DNA from: an uncultured Acidobacteriota bacterium
GTDB lineage: Bacteria; Acidobacteriota; JAQAZP01
Length of the DNA: 64,000 nt
NCBI GenBank assembly: GCA_963836075.1
Contig: CAWIIB010000001.1
Span: 1,472,001-1,536,000, forward strand
Reading direction: 5' to 3'
Numbering within the stretch: the first letter of the stretch is position 1; every line of letters starts with the position of its first letter. A program made the position numbers and the translations under genes. The notes under the pieces were generated by a model. It saw only the letters and a program-made list of their open reading frames with translations, ran no database searches and was not told the origin of the DNA. Shown piece by piece: positions 30,926-42,067 of this stretch.

Positions 30926-32269
30926 TTAGCGAGCGGCAGCTATTCCCCACAGGGAGCAATTGTCAGTGTCCGTGGTTCCCGAGGGCGGTCGTGGTGGCTG
31001 GTTGTACGGTGGCGGGGTAATGTCCTCCATGGTCAATGTTCCCACATTTTCTCCCACCAGATGGTTGTTGCGGGGCACAAGGCAATTGAAAGAGCGTGTA
31101 ACCGTGCCCTGGGGCGGAACCTGGACAACGCCGCTGCGAAAGTTGTCAATGATCTTGCCACTGGCCAGTTCCCAGTCCAGCTGACCGGCAAATATCCGGC
31201 CGTAATCGATCTGGTTGGTCACCGAGATGTTTATCTGGGTCATGAAGGGCAGGGTCCCCGAAGAAGGTGTGCAGGCCAACCCGGCGGAAAAGACCACCTG
31301 CTCGCCCTGGAAAAGGTAGACCTTGGCGTCGATGGCGCCGATAACCACATCGGGCAGCCCATCCAGTGTCCAGTCGCAGACAAAAGGTCGAGAGCGACCC
31401 GACTCCAGAAGAATTGGCACCCCATCGGCTTCCACTTCCTCATACCCGGAAAAGGCGGGGTCTGCATCGGTCCAGATATTGGCATAGAAAAGCAGCTGCC
31501 CCTCGGTGTTCCCGGCAAGCAGGTCCTTCCTTCCGTCGTTGTCGAAATCACCGATGACGGGGCTGGAACGGTTGGCTTCCACGATCAGGTCCGCGCCGTC
31601 CGCCTGGGCGTAGGTTTCCTCGAGATAGACGGGAGCGGTGTCAGTGCCTTCGTTGATAAACACATGGATCAGGCCGGCGTAGGACCCGCTCACCAGATCG
31701 CGCTTTCCGTCATTGTTCCAATCAACGATTGTGGGGGTCGCGCGATCGCCCACGTCAATGTCCGTGGTGAGAGGGGGCTGTCCCAGCTGGAGCCGGACTC
31801 CGCCGTCGAAGGTTGGCTCCGTATCGCTGCCCACATTCAGATAAATTTTCACGTTCCCATGGGAGGTGCCCATCAGCAGGTCCTTTTTGTCATCATCATC
31901 CCAGTAAACGACGCGGGGAAAGAGGCCCATGCAGCCCACGGCAATCTCGGTCAGGTCCTGGCCCTCTGACTGGGCAAAGAAGAAATCAGCAAAATCAGGC
32001 ACTTCCAACGTACCCTGGTTCAGGTAAATGCGGACCTTTCCGAAACCACTCTCGCACCCTCCATCACCGACGACCAGATCTGCCAGGCCATCGTTGTTCC
32101 AGTCCACATAGGAAGGGACGGAGTTTCCGTCAACAACCAGATCCTCCCCCCCGGCCTGAACCACTTCTCCGGCACCCAGGTTGAACAGGGCAAAAGCCGG
32201 AAGACCAGCAATCAGACAAAGGAGGCCCACGCAACCTGCGCTGACCGTGCATTTGGTTGTCAGAGTCAT
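30926..32269 (-). CDS. Secreted FG-GAP/VCBS repeat protein with divergent CTD-A
   Basis: Signal peptide; DWNNDG..DL repeats; tail LACTPSSGTLPF...EDITPPPYNQPPRPPSGTTDTDNC. Confidence 0.9.
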   Translation of the reverse strand: MTLTTKCTVSAGCVGLLCLIAGLPAFALFNLGAGEVVQAGGEDLVVDGNSVPSYVDWNNDGLADLVVGDGGCESGFGKVRIYLNQGTLEVPDFADFFFAQSEGQDLTEIAVGCMGLFPRVVYWDDDDKKDLLMGTSHGNVKIYLNVGSDTEPTFDGGVRLQLGQPPLTTDIDVGDRATPTIVDWNNDGKRDLVSGSYAGLIHVFINEGTDTAPVYLEETYAQADGADLIVEANRSSPVIGDFDNDGRKDLLAGNTEGQLLFYANIWTDADPAFSGYEEVEADGVPILLESGRSRPFVCDWTLDGLPDVVIGAIDAKVYLFQGEQVVFSAGLACTPSSGTLPFMTQINISVTNQIDYGRIFAGQLDWELASGKIIDNFRSGVVQVPPQGTVTRSFNCLVPRNNHLVGENVGTLTMEDITPPPYNQPPRPPSGTTDTDNCSLWGIAAAR

Positions 32270-32640
32270 ATTTTCCCCCTGTCGCTCGCCGGAACCGGGT
32301 GCATGTATAAATTCAAGAAGTTGGCGGAATCACTCATCATGAGTAAACGTACTCAATGACATAAAGTAAGTATACGGCATGCTGCCCGCGATTCGCCACC
32401 TGCAGAGTTCGAGGTGCTATATTATCTAAGTCAAGCAGATGCGCTACCAGAGGCCGTACTCACGAACTGAGCCTCCGGAATAACCGGGACGGTCCACGTC
32501 AGTCTCTTGATCGATCAGGAACGGTGATTATCCTTGATACGAACACACGCAGGTTGTATTGTCATATTGATATGAAAATAGCGGTGAGAGCGATAGCGCC
32601 GTGAGGTAATTGTGGAACAGGAACTCCGGGGAGCAGCATC

Positions 32641-34941
32641 ATGAAAAGCAGATTCGATATCCTGGCGGCCGCGGGGATCATCATGGCCCTGCTTGGCGGG
32701 GGGATGGCCTGGGCGCAAACAGAGGGCAAAGCCCCCGGCGACCCGCTGCGCCATGCGCTCTCCGGTCTCGGCCCCGGCCCGCTGTACGACCGGGTCCTGC
32801 CGCTGGCCGGCGTGCCCGAGCTGGACGGGAGCGATTCGGCCCCGGTGGTCCCCATCAACCGCTGGCGCCAGGCGCTCTTCGAGCTGCGTCTCGCGTCGCT
32901 GCCTGCCCCGCCGTCGTCCTGGCCCACCCCATTGCAGGTACGCGAGATGACGGCGGCCCTGGGAGGGGACGACGCGATTCCGCTGGCGGTGCTCGACGTG
33001 TCGTACAGTCGACTGCGGCCTGATTCGATCACCAGTGGCGCCCTCTCCATCGAGGGCGACCGCGTTGCCGTCTCCCCGGGTGCGTCCACCGCCGAATACC
33101 TCACCGCAGCGCGGGCCTTCGCGGCCACGGCCCTGGCGGCGCGGTCGTATCACGGCGAGAGCGTAACCTTCGTCCTGTCGCGAACCCTGTACGTGACCGG
33201 CGGGCCCCTGCCCGCACGCGTGGACGTGGACTTCGACGACGGTCTCGGCCTGCGCGAGGTGACGTTCGACACGCCGGTCACCGTGACCTATGCGAGCACC
33301 GGCCCGCGCACGTTGCACCTCCGTGCGAGCCACGCGGACGGCCATGTCCTGTGGAGCCGCTTCCCCTTCGAGGTGGCCGCGCTGCGCGCGCCCGCCCCGA
33401 GCGCGACCTGGCCGCTCACCGCGGACATCCCTTTCGAGGGCACGGCGGCGTCCGGTGAGGCCTATATCTATCTGGCGGACGGACATGCGTCGCTGGAGGA
33501 TCCGGTGGTGGTGATCGAGGGCTTCGACCTCGACGACAGCATGGGGTGGGACGTGCTGTACGACCTGCTGAACCAGGAGAACCTGCTCGAGGACCTGCGC
33601 GCGCAAGGACGCGACGCGGTGATCCTGAATTTCACGTCGGCCACGGACCCCATCCAGCGCAACGCGTATCTCGTCGTGAAACTGCTGCAGACGGTGCAGG
33701 CGGCGATCGCACCGGGCCGGGAGTTTCCCCTGGTGGGTGCGAGCATGGGCGGGCTGGTGTGCCGTTATGCGCTGTCCTACATGGAGCAGACGGCATTGCC
33801 CCACGGCGTGAACACCTTCGTCTCCTTCGACGCGCCGCAGCTGGGCGCCGACATCCCGCTGGGCATGCAGTACTGGCTGGACTTCTTCCAGGGCGAGTCG
33901 GAGGAGGCCGCGTACCTGCTCAGCCGTCTGGACACGCCGGCCGCGCGCCAGATGTTGCTCTATCACCACACGTCGCCACCGTCCTCCGGAGGCGTCGCCG
34001 ATCCGCAGCGCGCCGCGTTCCTGGCCGATCTGGCGGCCCTCGGAGATTACCCGGCACAGCCGCGCCTGGTGGCGGTGGTCAATGGCAGCGGCCACGGCGC
34101 GAACCAGGGTTTCGCGGCTGGTGAGCAGATCGTGCACTGGGAGTACGCCAGCTTTCTCGTCGACATCACCGGCAACATCTGGGCCGTGCCCGACGGCGCC
34201 GGCCAGCTCATTTTCGACGGCGAGATCGACCTCATCTGGCCTCTGGAGGATTCGTTCATGTCGGTCACCGTTTCCGGCACCCGGCCGTGGGACAACGCGC
34301 CGGGCGGCTCCCGCGCTTCGATGGCGGAAATGGACGCAGTCGAGGCTCCCTACGGCGACATCATCGCCTTGCACCCGGCGCACGCGTTCATCCCCACGGT
34401 CAGCGCCCTCGCCCTCGCCGTGGACGACCCCTTCCACGATATCGCCGGCGACCCCGACCTCCTCTCTCTTACGCCTTTCGCGGCGGTGTACTTTCCCGTC
34501 GAGAACCAGGAACACATCCTCATCACGCCCGAGAACAAGGCGTGGCTCCTCGCTGAGCTCGCGGGCCCGATCTCCACGGTCGCCGCAGGATTGACCTGTG
34601 AGCCTTCTTCGGGGACGCTGCCCTTCGCTACGACGATGACCGCCGTGCTGGACAACCTCTACGCGCAGCAGGTCCGGCGGATCGCCGGACGGATCGACAT
34701 CGACCTGGCGGGGGGGCAGCACTACTCGAACTGGCGCTCCGGCTGGACCAACATCGACGCCGGGGGGAGCTTTGCCTCGTCCTGGAACCAGGCCCTGCCG
34801 GCGCTGGGCAGCCTGGTCGGGCCGAACGACTTCCGGCTCCTGGCGGCGGATGTCACGCCGTCGCCGTACAACCAGCCGCCCTACCCGCCGGCCGGAGACA
34901 CCGACACGGCCAACTGCACGGTGACGGGGATCGCGCCGTAA
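32641..34941 (+). CDS. Secreted alpha/beta-hydrolase (PGAP1/lipase-like) with CTD-A
   Basis: Signal peptide; VVIEGFD, GASMGG nucleophile elbow, SFDAPQLGA.IP; CTD-A from ~34579. Confidence 0.92.
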   Translation: MKSRFDILAAAGIIMALLGGGMAWAQTEGKAPGDPLRHALSGLGPGPLYDRVLPLAGVPELDGSDSAPVVPINRWRQALFELRLASLPAPPSSWPTPLQVREMTAALGGDDAIPLAVLDVSYSRLRPDSITSGALSIEGDRVAVSPGASTAEYLTAARAFAATALAARSYHGESVTFVLSRTLYVTGGPLPARVDVDFDDGLGLREVTFDTPVTVTYASTGPRTLHLRASHADGHVLWSRFPFEVAALRAPAPSATWPLTADIPFEGTAASGEAYIYLADGHASLEDPVVVIEGFDLDDSMGWDVLYDLLNQENLLEDLRAQGRDAVILNFTSATDPIQRNAYLVVKLLQTVQAAIAPGREFPLVGASMGGLVCRYALSYMEQTALPHGVNTFVSFDAPQLGADIPLGMQYWLDFFQGESEEAAYLLSRLDTPAARQMLLYHHTSPPSSGGVADPQRAAFLADLAALGDYPAQPRLVAVVNGSGHGANQGFAAGEQIVHWEYASFLVDITGNIWAVPDGAGQLIFDGEIDLIWPLEDSFMSVTVSGTRPWDNAPGGSRASMAEMDAVEAPYGDIIALHPAHAFIPTVSALALAVDDPFHDIAGDPDLLSLTPFAAVYFPVENQEHILITPENKAWLLAELAGPISTVAAGLTCEPSSGTLPFATTMTAVLDNLYAQQVRRIAGRIDIDLAGGQHYSNWRSGWTNIDAGGSFASSWNQALPALGSLVGPNDFRLLAADVTPSPYNQPPYPPAGDTDTANCTVTGIAP

Positions 34942-35078
34942 GCTGACAGATTAGAGGTCTGAGGTTTCTGGCCGGGGCTCAGTCTCCTGGCGGGGTTGGG
35001 GCCAGGCGAACACCTGCCGGAACGTTCTCCCTTGTAGCGGCCCGGGGAGCCAGCATCCAGGAAGGGGGACTATGCATT

Positions 35079-36683
35079 TCACATGTCATGACGATACAAA
35101 TCATCTTTCGCCATTTTCAGTTTCTCCGGATAGGAACCCTTCTTAAAATCCTTTAGCCATCTTTTCAGCATAATATATCCACCAAATCGGAGCAGATAGT
35201 TTCTGTAGTATTTCCTGTACCATTTATTAAATGCTGACGTTATGTATTTAACTCTACCTATAAATATCGTAAATGATGAAAAAATGACGATGCGGGGGAA
35301 GTGAAAGAGAATATTCTTAACGATTTTCAGGAAATTCCGAAAATTATAAAAGTTCGACATTATTCTCCCCACCGCCCGCTGCAGTTCCTCGGGAGTGACA
35401 TTGTCGTCAGGTACATATAGTGGAAACTGGCCGTCATAATATTCCCAGCCCAGCCTGTGTAACGGATACAGGCGACGCGTGTTTTCAAGCCGCGCGCGAA
35501 GTTCAGTACCTGGAAGTGGCATGGTCATAAGAACCTGAACCGTATCAATTTTTGCCTTCTGAATAAACTTCCGGAATTCCATTACCTTCTGATCCAGTGG
35601 GATACAAAATTTTTCATCAGGTCTTTTTGGATAACCGAATATAAACATCCCGTGAATAAAAAACCCGTGTTCATGAAAGTTTTTTGTCCACTGCAACATG
35701 TCTTTGGCAAGATAGCCCTTTTTCATCGCAATCAATTCCTGGTCGATGGGCGATTCATAGCCGATGCATATTGCGGATATATTTGCTTCCTTCATGCTTT
35801 GTAACAGTTCAGGATATTTGGCGTCGGTGATACGTGTTTGTACAGTAATCTTCAACCGAATATTATGTTTCTGTTGATACGCTGCAAGGAGTTTACAAAA
35901 CTCGATAGCCTCCTCCCGGTTGGCAGCAAAATGATCGCTTGCTTCAAAAAAGTGACGGACTTTTTTGTTTTCCACGAGATATTCGATCTGTTCCATAATT
36001 TTCTTCGGGCTCGCACATCTTGCTTTTTCTTTGACCGCGCAAAATTCACATCGCAGGTTGCATCCCCGGGTACGGTTGATGGGATAGTATTTCATCTTTG
36101 CGTAGCGAAGGAGATTGAAATCAGGCATGGGAAGTTTGTCAAAATCATGGATCAAGGGTCTTTCAGGAGTTTTGAACACATTGCTGTTTTTTAGAAAGGC
36201 GATACCGTCAACTGTATCCAGCGGCGCTCCCTTCTCCCACGCCAACAGCACTTCCCGTATGGTCAGCTCACCCTCCCTGAAAACAACGACATCAATATTG
36301 TTCGCCAGTGCCTCCTCGGGCAGATTTTCAATATGCTTACCGCCGGCAACTGTTCTCGCGCCCTCTTCTTTGTAGACCAGGGCTAATTCGTAAAGTCGGG
36401 GGATGGTAGAAGATATGGAGCCGTAAAAACCCACTACGTCGGCGGGGCGTTCTTTTTGCAGCTTCCGGTGATCAATCTGGCCATCGTCAGTCCTGGGACA
36501 ATATCTGCCGTGACAATTGTTCTCATCAATTATTTCAACATCCCACAATTCCAGCTTGCTCGCCACCGTGGCAACATAAACGGGACCTACCGATGTTGGA
36601 CTGCTGGCCGCAAATGTGTAAATATTGAAGTTTGGAAATGATGGAATGATTATTCGCAGGCGATATCTTTTACTTTGTGCCAT
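35079..36683 (-). CDS. B12-binding radical SAM protein (AT-rich)
   Basis: VAGGKH, REGE, RTRGCNLRCEFC, IGYES, GMFIFG, PLPGT. Visibly lower GC than flanks. Confidence 0.92.
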   Translation of the reverse strand: MAQSKRYRLRIIIPSFPNFNIYTFAASSPTSVGPVYVATVASKLELWDVEIIDENNCHGRYCPRTDDGQIDHRKLQKERPADVVGFYGSISSTIPRLYELALVYKEEGARTVAGGKHIENLPEEALANNIDVVVFREGELTIREVLLAWEKGAPLDTVDGIAFLKNSNVFKTPERPLIHDFDKLPMPDFNLLRYAKMKYYPINRTRGCNLRCEFCAVKEKARCASPKKIMEQIEYLVENKKVRHFFEASDHFAANREEAIEFCKLLAAYQQKHNIRLKITVQTRITDAKYPELLQSMKEANISAICIGYESPIDQELIAMKKGYLAKDMLQWTKNFHEHGFFIHGMFIFGYPKRPDEKFCIPLDQKVMEFRKFIQKAKIDTVQVLMTMPLPGTELRARLENTRRLYPLHRLGWEYYDGQFPLYVPDDNVTPEELQRAVGRIMSNFYNFRNFLKIVKNILFHFPRIVIFSSFTIFIGRVKYITSAFNKWYRKYYRNYLLRFGGYIMLKRWLKDFKKGSYPEKLKMAKDDLYRHDM

Positions 36684-37157
36684 GTGATTCTATCTCCGGC
36701 TGTGCGTTGCATCATCTCTGCCGTATTCACGAACTGCTGCAACACCGCCTGACGAAGCCGCTCCCTTACCCTACCCCGGCCAAGCAGGACTTCCACCGGA
36801 TGGATGCAAGTTGTACCAGTAGCGAAGCAGATGCAAATGGTACGTGAAATGTGCTGCCGCTGATGGGTGACACGCGCTGCTTCAATAAGGATAGGCCTAT
36901 TCTTGCCTTATCGTCAAGTTCAGTTCCTCTATCGCGAAAGTCAGTGTGAAGATGAATAAAAGCGGATCTGGATTGGCTCTTTTTTCCGTCTCCGTTGGTG
37001 TGGTTTAAATCATCTAACCGTCCAGTCGGGCCGTCATTGATTGAGTTGTCCGCATACTGTAATATATCAATAACTTAGACGGTTGACCGGCAATAATGGA
37101 GACACGAGGTGTCGCACCGAAGCAGTGGTCTTTTCGAATCAGGAGTTGGAAGAAGTG

Positions 37158-39625
37158 ATGAACTACAGTTTCAGATCAAGGGCCCGCGCCCTGTCAATCC
37201 TTGCCCTGCTGCTCTGCGTATTCCTGTTCACTGCGAGCGGCCTCGCCGAAGAATCACGGCCCCTCCTGACACCCGAGCAGCAGAAGTGGCTGGATGAGAA
37301 CCCGCACAGCCTCCCCATCTGGATGACCCCGGAGGAGCAAGCGCGCAAGGATGAGATCGGCATCAACTTCCGCGGCACGGCGGCGCCTCCGGTGCCGGTG
37401 CGCATGGCCGGCGAGTTCGAGCCGGTGACCGGCGTGCTGATCCGCTGGCCCCTGGGCATCCCCTACGACCTGATTGCCGAGATGTCCGAGGACGTGGAGG
37501 TCTGGACCATCGTCGGCAGCGCTTCACAGCAGAGCACTCGGCGGAAAGCGCCTACAGTTCCAGCGGCGTGAACATGGCCAACTGCCACTTCTTCATCGCC
37601 GGCACCGACTCCTACTGGACCCGGGACTACGGGCCCTGGTATGTCTACACCGGCAACGACGAGCAGGGTATCGTCGACCACATCTACAACCGCCCGCGGC
37701 CCAACGATGACGAGATCCCCCAGGAGTTCGGCGACTACCTCGGCATCCCGGTCTACGGCATGGACCTGGTGGCCACCGGCGGCAACTGGATGTGTGACGG
37801 CCGCGGCGTGGGCATGAGCACCCGTCTGATCCTCGACGAGAACCCGGGGATGACCGGGGCCCAGGTGGACCAGATCCTCCTCGACTACTGCGGCATCACC
37901 GACTACTACCCGCTGCCCTACACCGAGTCGGGCGGCATCCATCACATCGACTGCACCAAGAAGTTTCTCGACGTGGACACCATCCTGGTGGAGCAGAAGA
38001 CTCCCGCCGACCCGGAACTGGAGGCCAACGTGGCCTACCTCCGGACCCTGACCAGTTCCTGGGGCACGCCGTACGAGATCATCCGGGTGCCGGTGGGCAA
38101 CGGCTACACCGAGGCCTACACCAACTCGCTGATCCTGAACACCAAGGTGCTGGTGCCCACCTTCGGCACCTCCAATGACGCCGTGGCGCTGCAGATCTAC
38201 GAGGATGCCATGCCGGGCTACGAGATCATCGGCTTCGACGGCTCCTGGCTCTCCGACGACGCGATCCACTGCCGGGCCAAGGGGATCATGGACCGCTACA
38301 TGCTGTACATCGATCACACCCCGCTGACCGATCCCCAGGTATCCGGCGGCAGCTACCTGGTGACCGCCGAAATCCACCCCTACAGCGGTCAGCCGGTCAG
38401 CTCCGGATCCCCCCAGCTGCGCTACAGCTTGAACGGCGACCCGTTCACCAGCGTCACCATGACCAGCACCGGCGGCGACAGTTGGCAGGGCACCATCCCG
38501 GCCCAGGCTGACGGCACCTCGGTCCGCTACTACATCCACGCCGAGGACGACTCCGGCCGGGCGGAGAATCACCCCTACATCGGATCCGCCGGCGCGCACC
38601 GGTTCGTGGTATCCAGCACCGGCTCCTACCTGATCGCGGGGCCCGGTCCGGGTGAGGCCAACCCACCGCTGGTGCGGGTCTTCCCGCCCGGGCAGGATGC
38701 GGCACACGTGTACGAGTTCAGCGCCTACGGCGCGTCGCAGTATGGCGTGAACGTCTCTTGCGGGGATGTGACCGGTGACGGGTTTGACAAAATCCTCACC
38801 GGTGCCGGGCCGGGAGCGATTTACGGCCCCCACGTGCGCGGCTTCTCCGTGGACGGCACGCCTCTGGCCGGGCTGAACTTCCTGGCCTACGGCACCAACA
38901 AGTACGGGGTGAATGTTTCGGCGGGCGACCTCGACGGCGACGGCTTCGACGAGATCGTCACCGGCGCCGGTCCGGGTGCGGTATTCGGGCCCCACGTGCG
39001 CGCATTTGACTACGACGGCTCGCCGGGTATCACCCCCCTGTCCGGGGTGAACTACTTCGCCTACGGCACGCCCAAGTGGGGGGTCAATGTCACCTGTGGG
39101 GACATCGACGGCGACGGCTATGACGAAATCGTCACCGGCGCAGGCCCCGGGGCTGTGTATGGGCCACATGTCCGGGGATGGAACGTGGACGGCGGGACCG
39201 CGTCAGCCATGCCGGGAGTGAGCTTCCTGGCCTACGGTACGAACAAGTTCGGGGTGAATGTGAGTTGCGGGGACATGGACGGCGACGGGATGGACGAGAT
39301 CGTCACCGGGGCCGGTCCCGGTGCCGTGTTCGGCGCCCACGTGCGCGGCTGGAACTACGATGGTTCAACCGTAACCGAGTTGCCGGGGATCAACTTCTTT
39401 GCCTGGCCGTCGGGAGAGGGACGATACGGGGCGAAGGTCTGCGCCGGAACCGACCTGGACGATGACGGGCGGGCCGATCTGGTGGTTGGTCAGGGCCCGG
39501 ACCCGTCTGCGGCCACGCCGGTCAAGGTCTACCGCTACGACGGCGCGCAACTGACCCGGTGGTTCGACCTGGAGGCCTACACCGGCCTGACCCACGGGAC
39601 CACCGTGGCGGCCGGGAGGTTCTGA
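37158..39625 (+). CDS. Secreted agmatine/peptidylarginine deiminase-family protein + Ig-like domain + CTD-B (frameshift ~37537)
   Basis: ORFs 37083..37571 and 37568..39625 join. R..GEFEP, WTRDYGP, GGN, HIDC, YTNS, DAIHC; signal peptide; CTD-B from ~38627. Confidence 0.88.
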
Positions 39626-39656
39626 AATCCCTTCTGCGTGATCGAGGCGCTCAGCT

Positions 39657-40350
39657 CTATTTTTTCGCTTTTTTCTGCCGCTCCTTCTCCGCCTTGCGAT
39701 AGGCCTTGTAATTCGCCCTCGCCTCCTTATCGGTCATGATTTTGAACGGCACCTTGAGCTGGGCCCTGTCGAACTGGACAAGGAGCCAGGACCTGGCCGT
39801 ACTGGGTGCCGCCGGGAACATTGAAGAACAGGCGGCCGAGGCTTGCACGCCCGTTGGTCAGCTCGATCTTTTCACAGGGCATGGGTGATTCCTCAGTGGG
39901 CGCCAAGAAGAAGCCGATTCGGCTTGTTCCGGTTGTCCCCGGCGGGAAGTGATTTATAGATTCCCCCTGCATGTTGGCTCTCTTGTTCAGCATCTTGAGC
40001 TCTCCTGCCGCTGCCCCGTATTCCTCCAGGGTGGCCAGGGCAATGACACTCCCCTCGGGGGTCAGCAGCTTGATCTCCCCACGCTCGAGATCCTGGCTCT
40101 CCTCCTCCTGGAGCAGCGTGATGCCCACATCCAGCAGCATCCAGTCTTCACCCACAAAGAAATTCGCCGGCTGGAAACCGAGCACTACCCACGCCTCCGT
40201 GTTGTAGACCACCCGGATATAAGTCCCTTTCATCTCCATCCTTGACCGCACCGCCGTCCTGGTCTCTTCTTCGGCCAGGCTGACACCGGCAGTGGTGATG
40301 GTGATCAGGGCGATAAGCAGCGCACTCCAACATTTCCGGTTACTCAACAA
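39657..40350 (-). CDS. Secreted hypothetical protein (frameshift ~39795)
   Basis: AGGAGGAG RBS, TTG start, signal peptide; LFFNVPGGTQYG continues in another frame as RSWLLVQF...KVPF. Confidence 0.7.
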
Positions 40351-40586
40351 TCGTTCTCCTCCTTGCAGGTAGCAGGACGTTCAACTGCACCGTCCGACAC
40401 AGTGAGCCCACCTGAACCCAATCCTCAGGGATTCAACTGAATTATTGAGCATGCTACAACCCGGAGGAGTGATTTTCAACCGATGGCGATTCAGCGGCAC
40501 GGCATTCCCCACCGTTCCGCCATCCATCAGTGCTGTCTTGGTGGGACGCCCACGTAGGAACCGGCGGCGGCAGGGAGTGAATCGCT

Positions 40587-41574
40587 TCAGGGAGCCGTGC
40601 CGCTGACCGTACACTGCGCCGTGTCGCTGTCGGCGGAGGGCAGGTAGGGCGGCTGATTGTACGGCGCCGGGGTCACGTCCTCGGCCAGCAGGGTGAACAC
40701 GTTGGCCCCCACCAGGGTGGCCAGCGCCGGCAGGTTCTGGGTCCAGGAGGTGCTGAACTCTTCACCGGCTGTCAGGTTGGTGTAGCCGGAACGCCAGTTG
40801 GTGAACTGGCTGCCCCCACCGGTGGTCAGATCAACCCGCCCGGCGACACGGCGGGTTTCCCCGGTGAGATTGCCCAGCTGCGCCTGGAAAGTGAAGCTGA
40901 AGGGCAACTGCCCGGAGGCCGGCACGCAGCTCAGCGTGGCGGTCACCGTGTCGGTTGGCCCGCCGGACGGCTTCACCGTAGATCTCAACGTCGTCGATGT
41001 TCCAGCCCGAATAGGCCCAGCCACCGGCGGCCTGAGTGACCTCATGGCCCCACCGCAGGTAGACCGTGGCCTGGTTGTCGGCAACGGCGGAGAGGTCGAA
41101 CACCTGCTCGTACCATGCATCGTCGGCGACTTCAGCAAAGCCGTTGTTCCAGAGCTCGGTCCAGTTCGAACCATCGCTGGACACCTCCACGGTGGCTACC
41201 ACCCAGGGCTGCCAGTCACTGTTCAGCCAGCGCTGGAAGTGGAGGCTCACCTGGGTCAGGTCGCTACAGTCGATCGCCGTGGTGCTCAGGTACATCGGGC
41301 CGGCTTCGACGAGGGCAAAATCCCCGTACAGGTTGATACCGTAAACGTTTGTGCCCGTAGCCCCGGCCGTGGGGTCGGGATAGCCGAACGAGTCGCCGCC
41401 CAGACCCTGGGGCTGGCCGAACTGCCACTCCCCTTCCATGGTCCATCCGGGCTCGGTATCCATGTTCCAGGAATACTGCACCACCGGCTCAGCGGATACG
41501 CCGCCGGCGGTCAGGGCGGCGAAAATCAGTGCGAGAAAGATGAAAGCAACAGCACCAAATATCTGACGTCTCAT
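40587..41574 (-). CDS. Secreted MAM/ConA-like module + CTD-A protein (frameshift ~40970)
   Basis: ORF 40831..41574 (signal, GWTMEGEWQFGQP..WNIDDVEIYG) joins the CTD-A frame of 40587..41174. Confidence 0.85.
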
Positions 41575-41621
41575 GAAGTGTCTCCAAAGGATGGGAATCT
41601 AAGTGGAACATTTCTTTTCCC

Positions 41622-41651
41622 ATTATAAACATCAATCAAATACATTGTCAA
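41622..41651 (-). promoter_or_regulatory. Consensus sigma70 promoter for the 41574 gene
   Basis: Minus strand TTGACA-N18-TATAAT about 50 nt upstream of the ATG. Confidence 0.7.
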
Positions 41652-42067
41652 CTAATTTAGTAGAGTATCGAGATGTCAAACCCGCAATGCCGGAGGGCTG
41701 GTACGGTTCCCACGTCAGCATGCAGGCGATGGGCGTGCGGTTCCATTTCTTTTGCCTTTTTTCCAATTTCAGTCATCTTTGAAAAGAGATTTCACCATCA
41801 GGTGTGACCGGCCGGTGATGCGTTCATCCCTGAATTCGACGCGCTGGTCACGCCATCGCTACGCCTGGTCACATTCACCAGTCCTGTTGACATTACTCGA
41901 TGAAACCAATCCACATTACGATGCGTTCAGGCTTGTTAGCGACGAGGTGCAGGACAGTACATCAGCCGGCAATGCCCTGTTCCCGCGTTGCAACAATTTA
42001 CAGGGCTGCGGCAATTTCTGCTGCGGTTCACACGGGTTTCGCATCGCAACAGATTGGAGCACCATCC

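Noticed and set aside
32515-34722. Long antisense ORFs (e.g. 32515..34722, 37463..39169, 49896..51890, 55953..57854, 14837..16345)
   Set aside because: Shadow ORFs of high-GC genes; the opposite strand carries recognisable motifs.
8316-39625. Single arginine/polyamine pathway from the spermidine-synthase-like, cyanophycinase, YfcC and deiminase genes
   Set aside because: Genes are far apart and in different transcription units; substrates are unproven.
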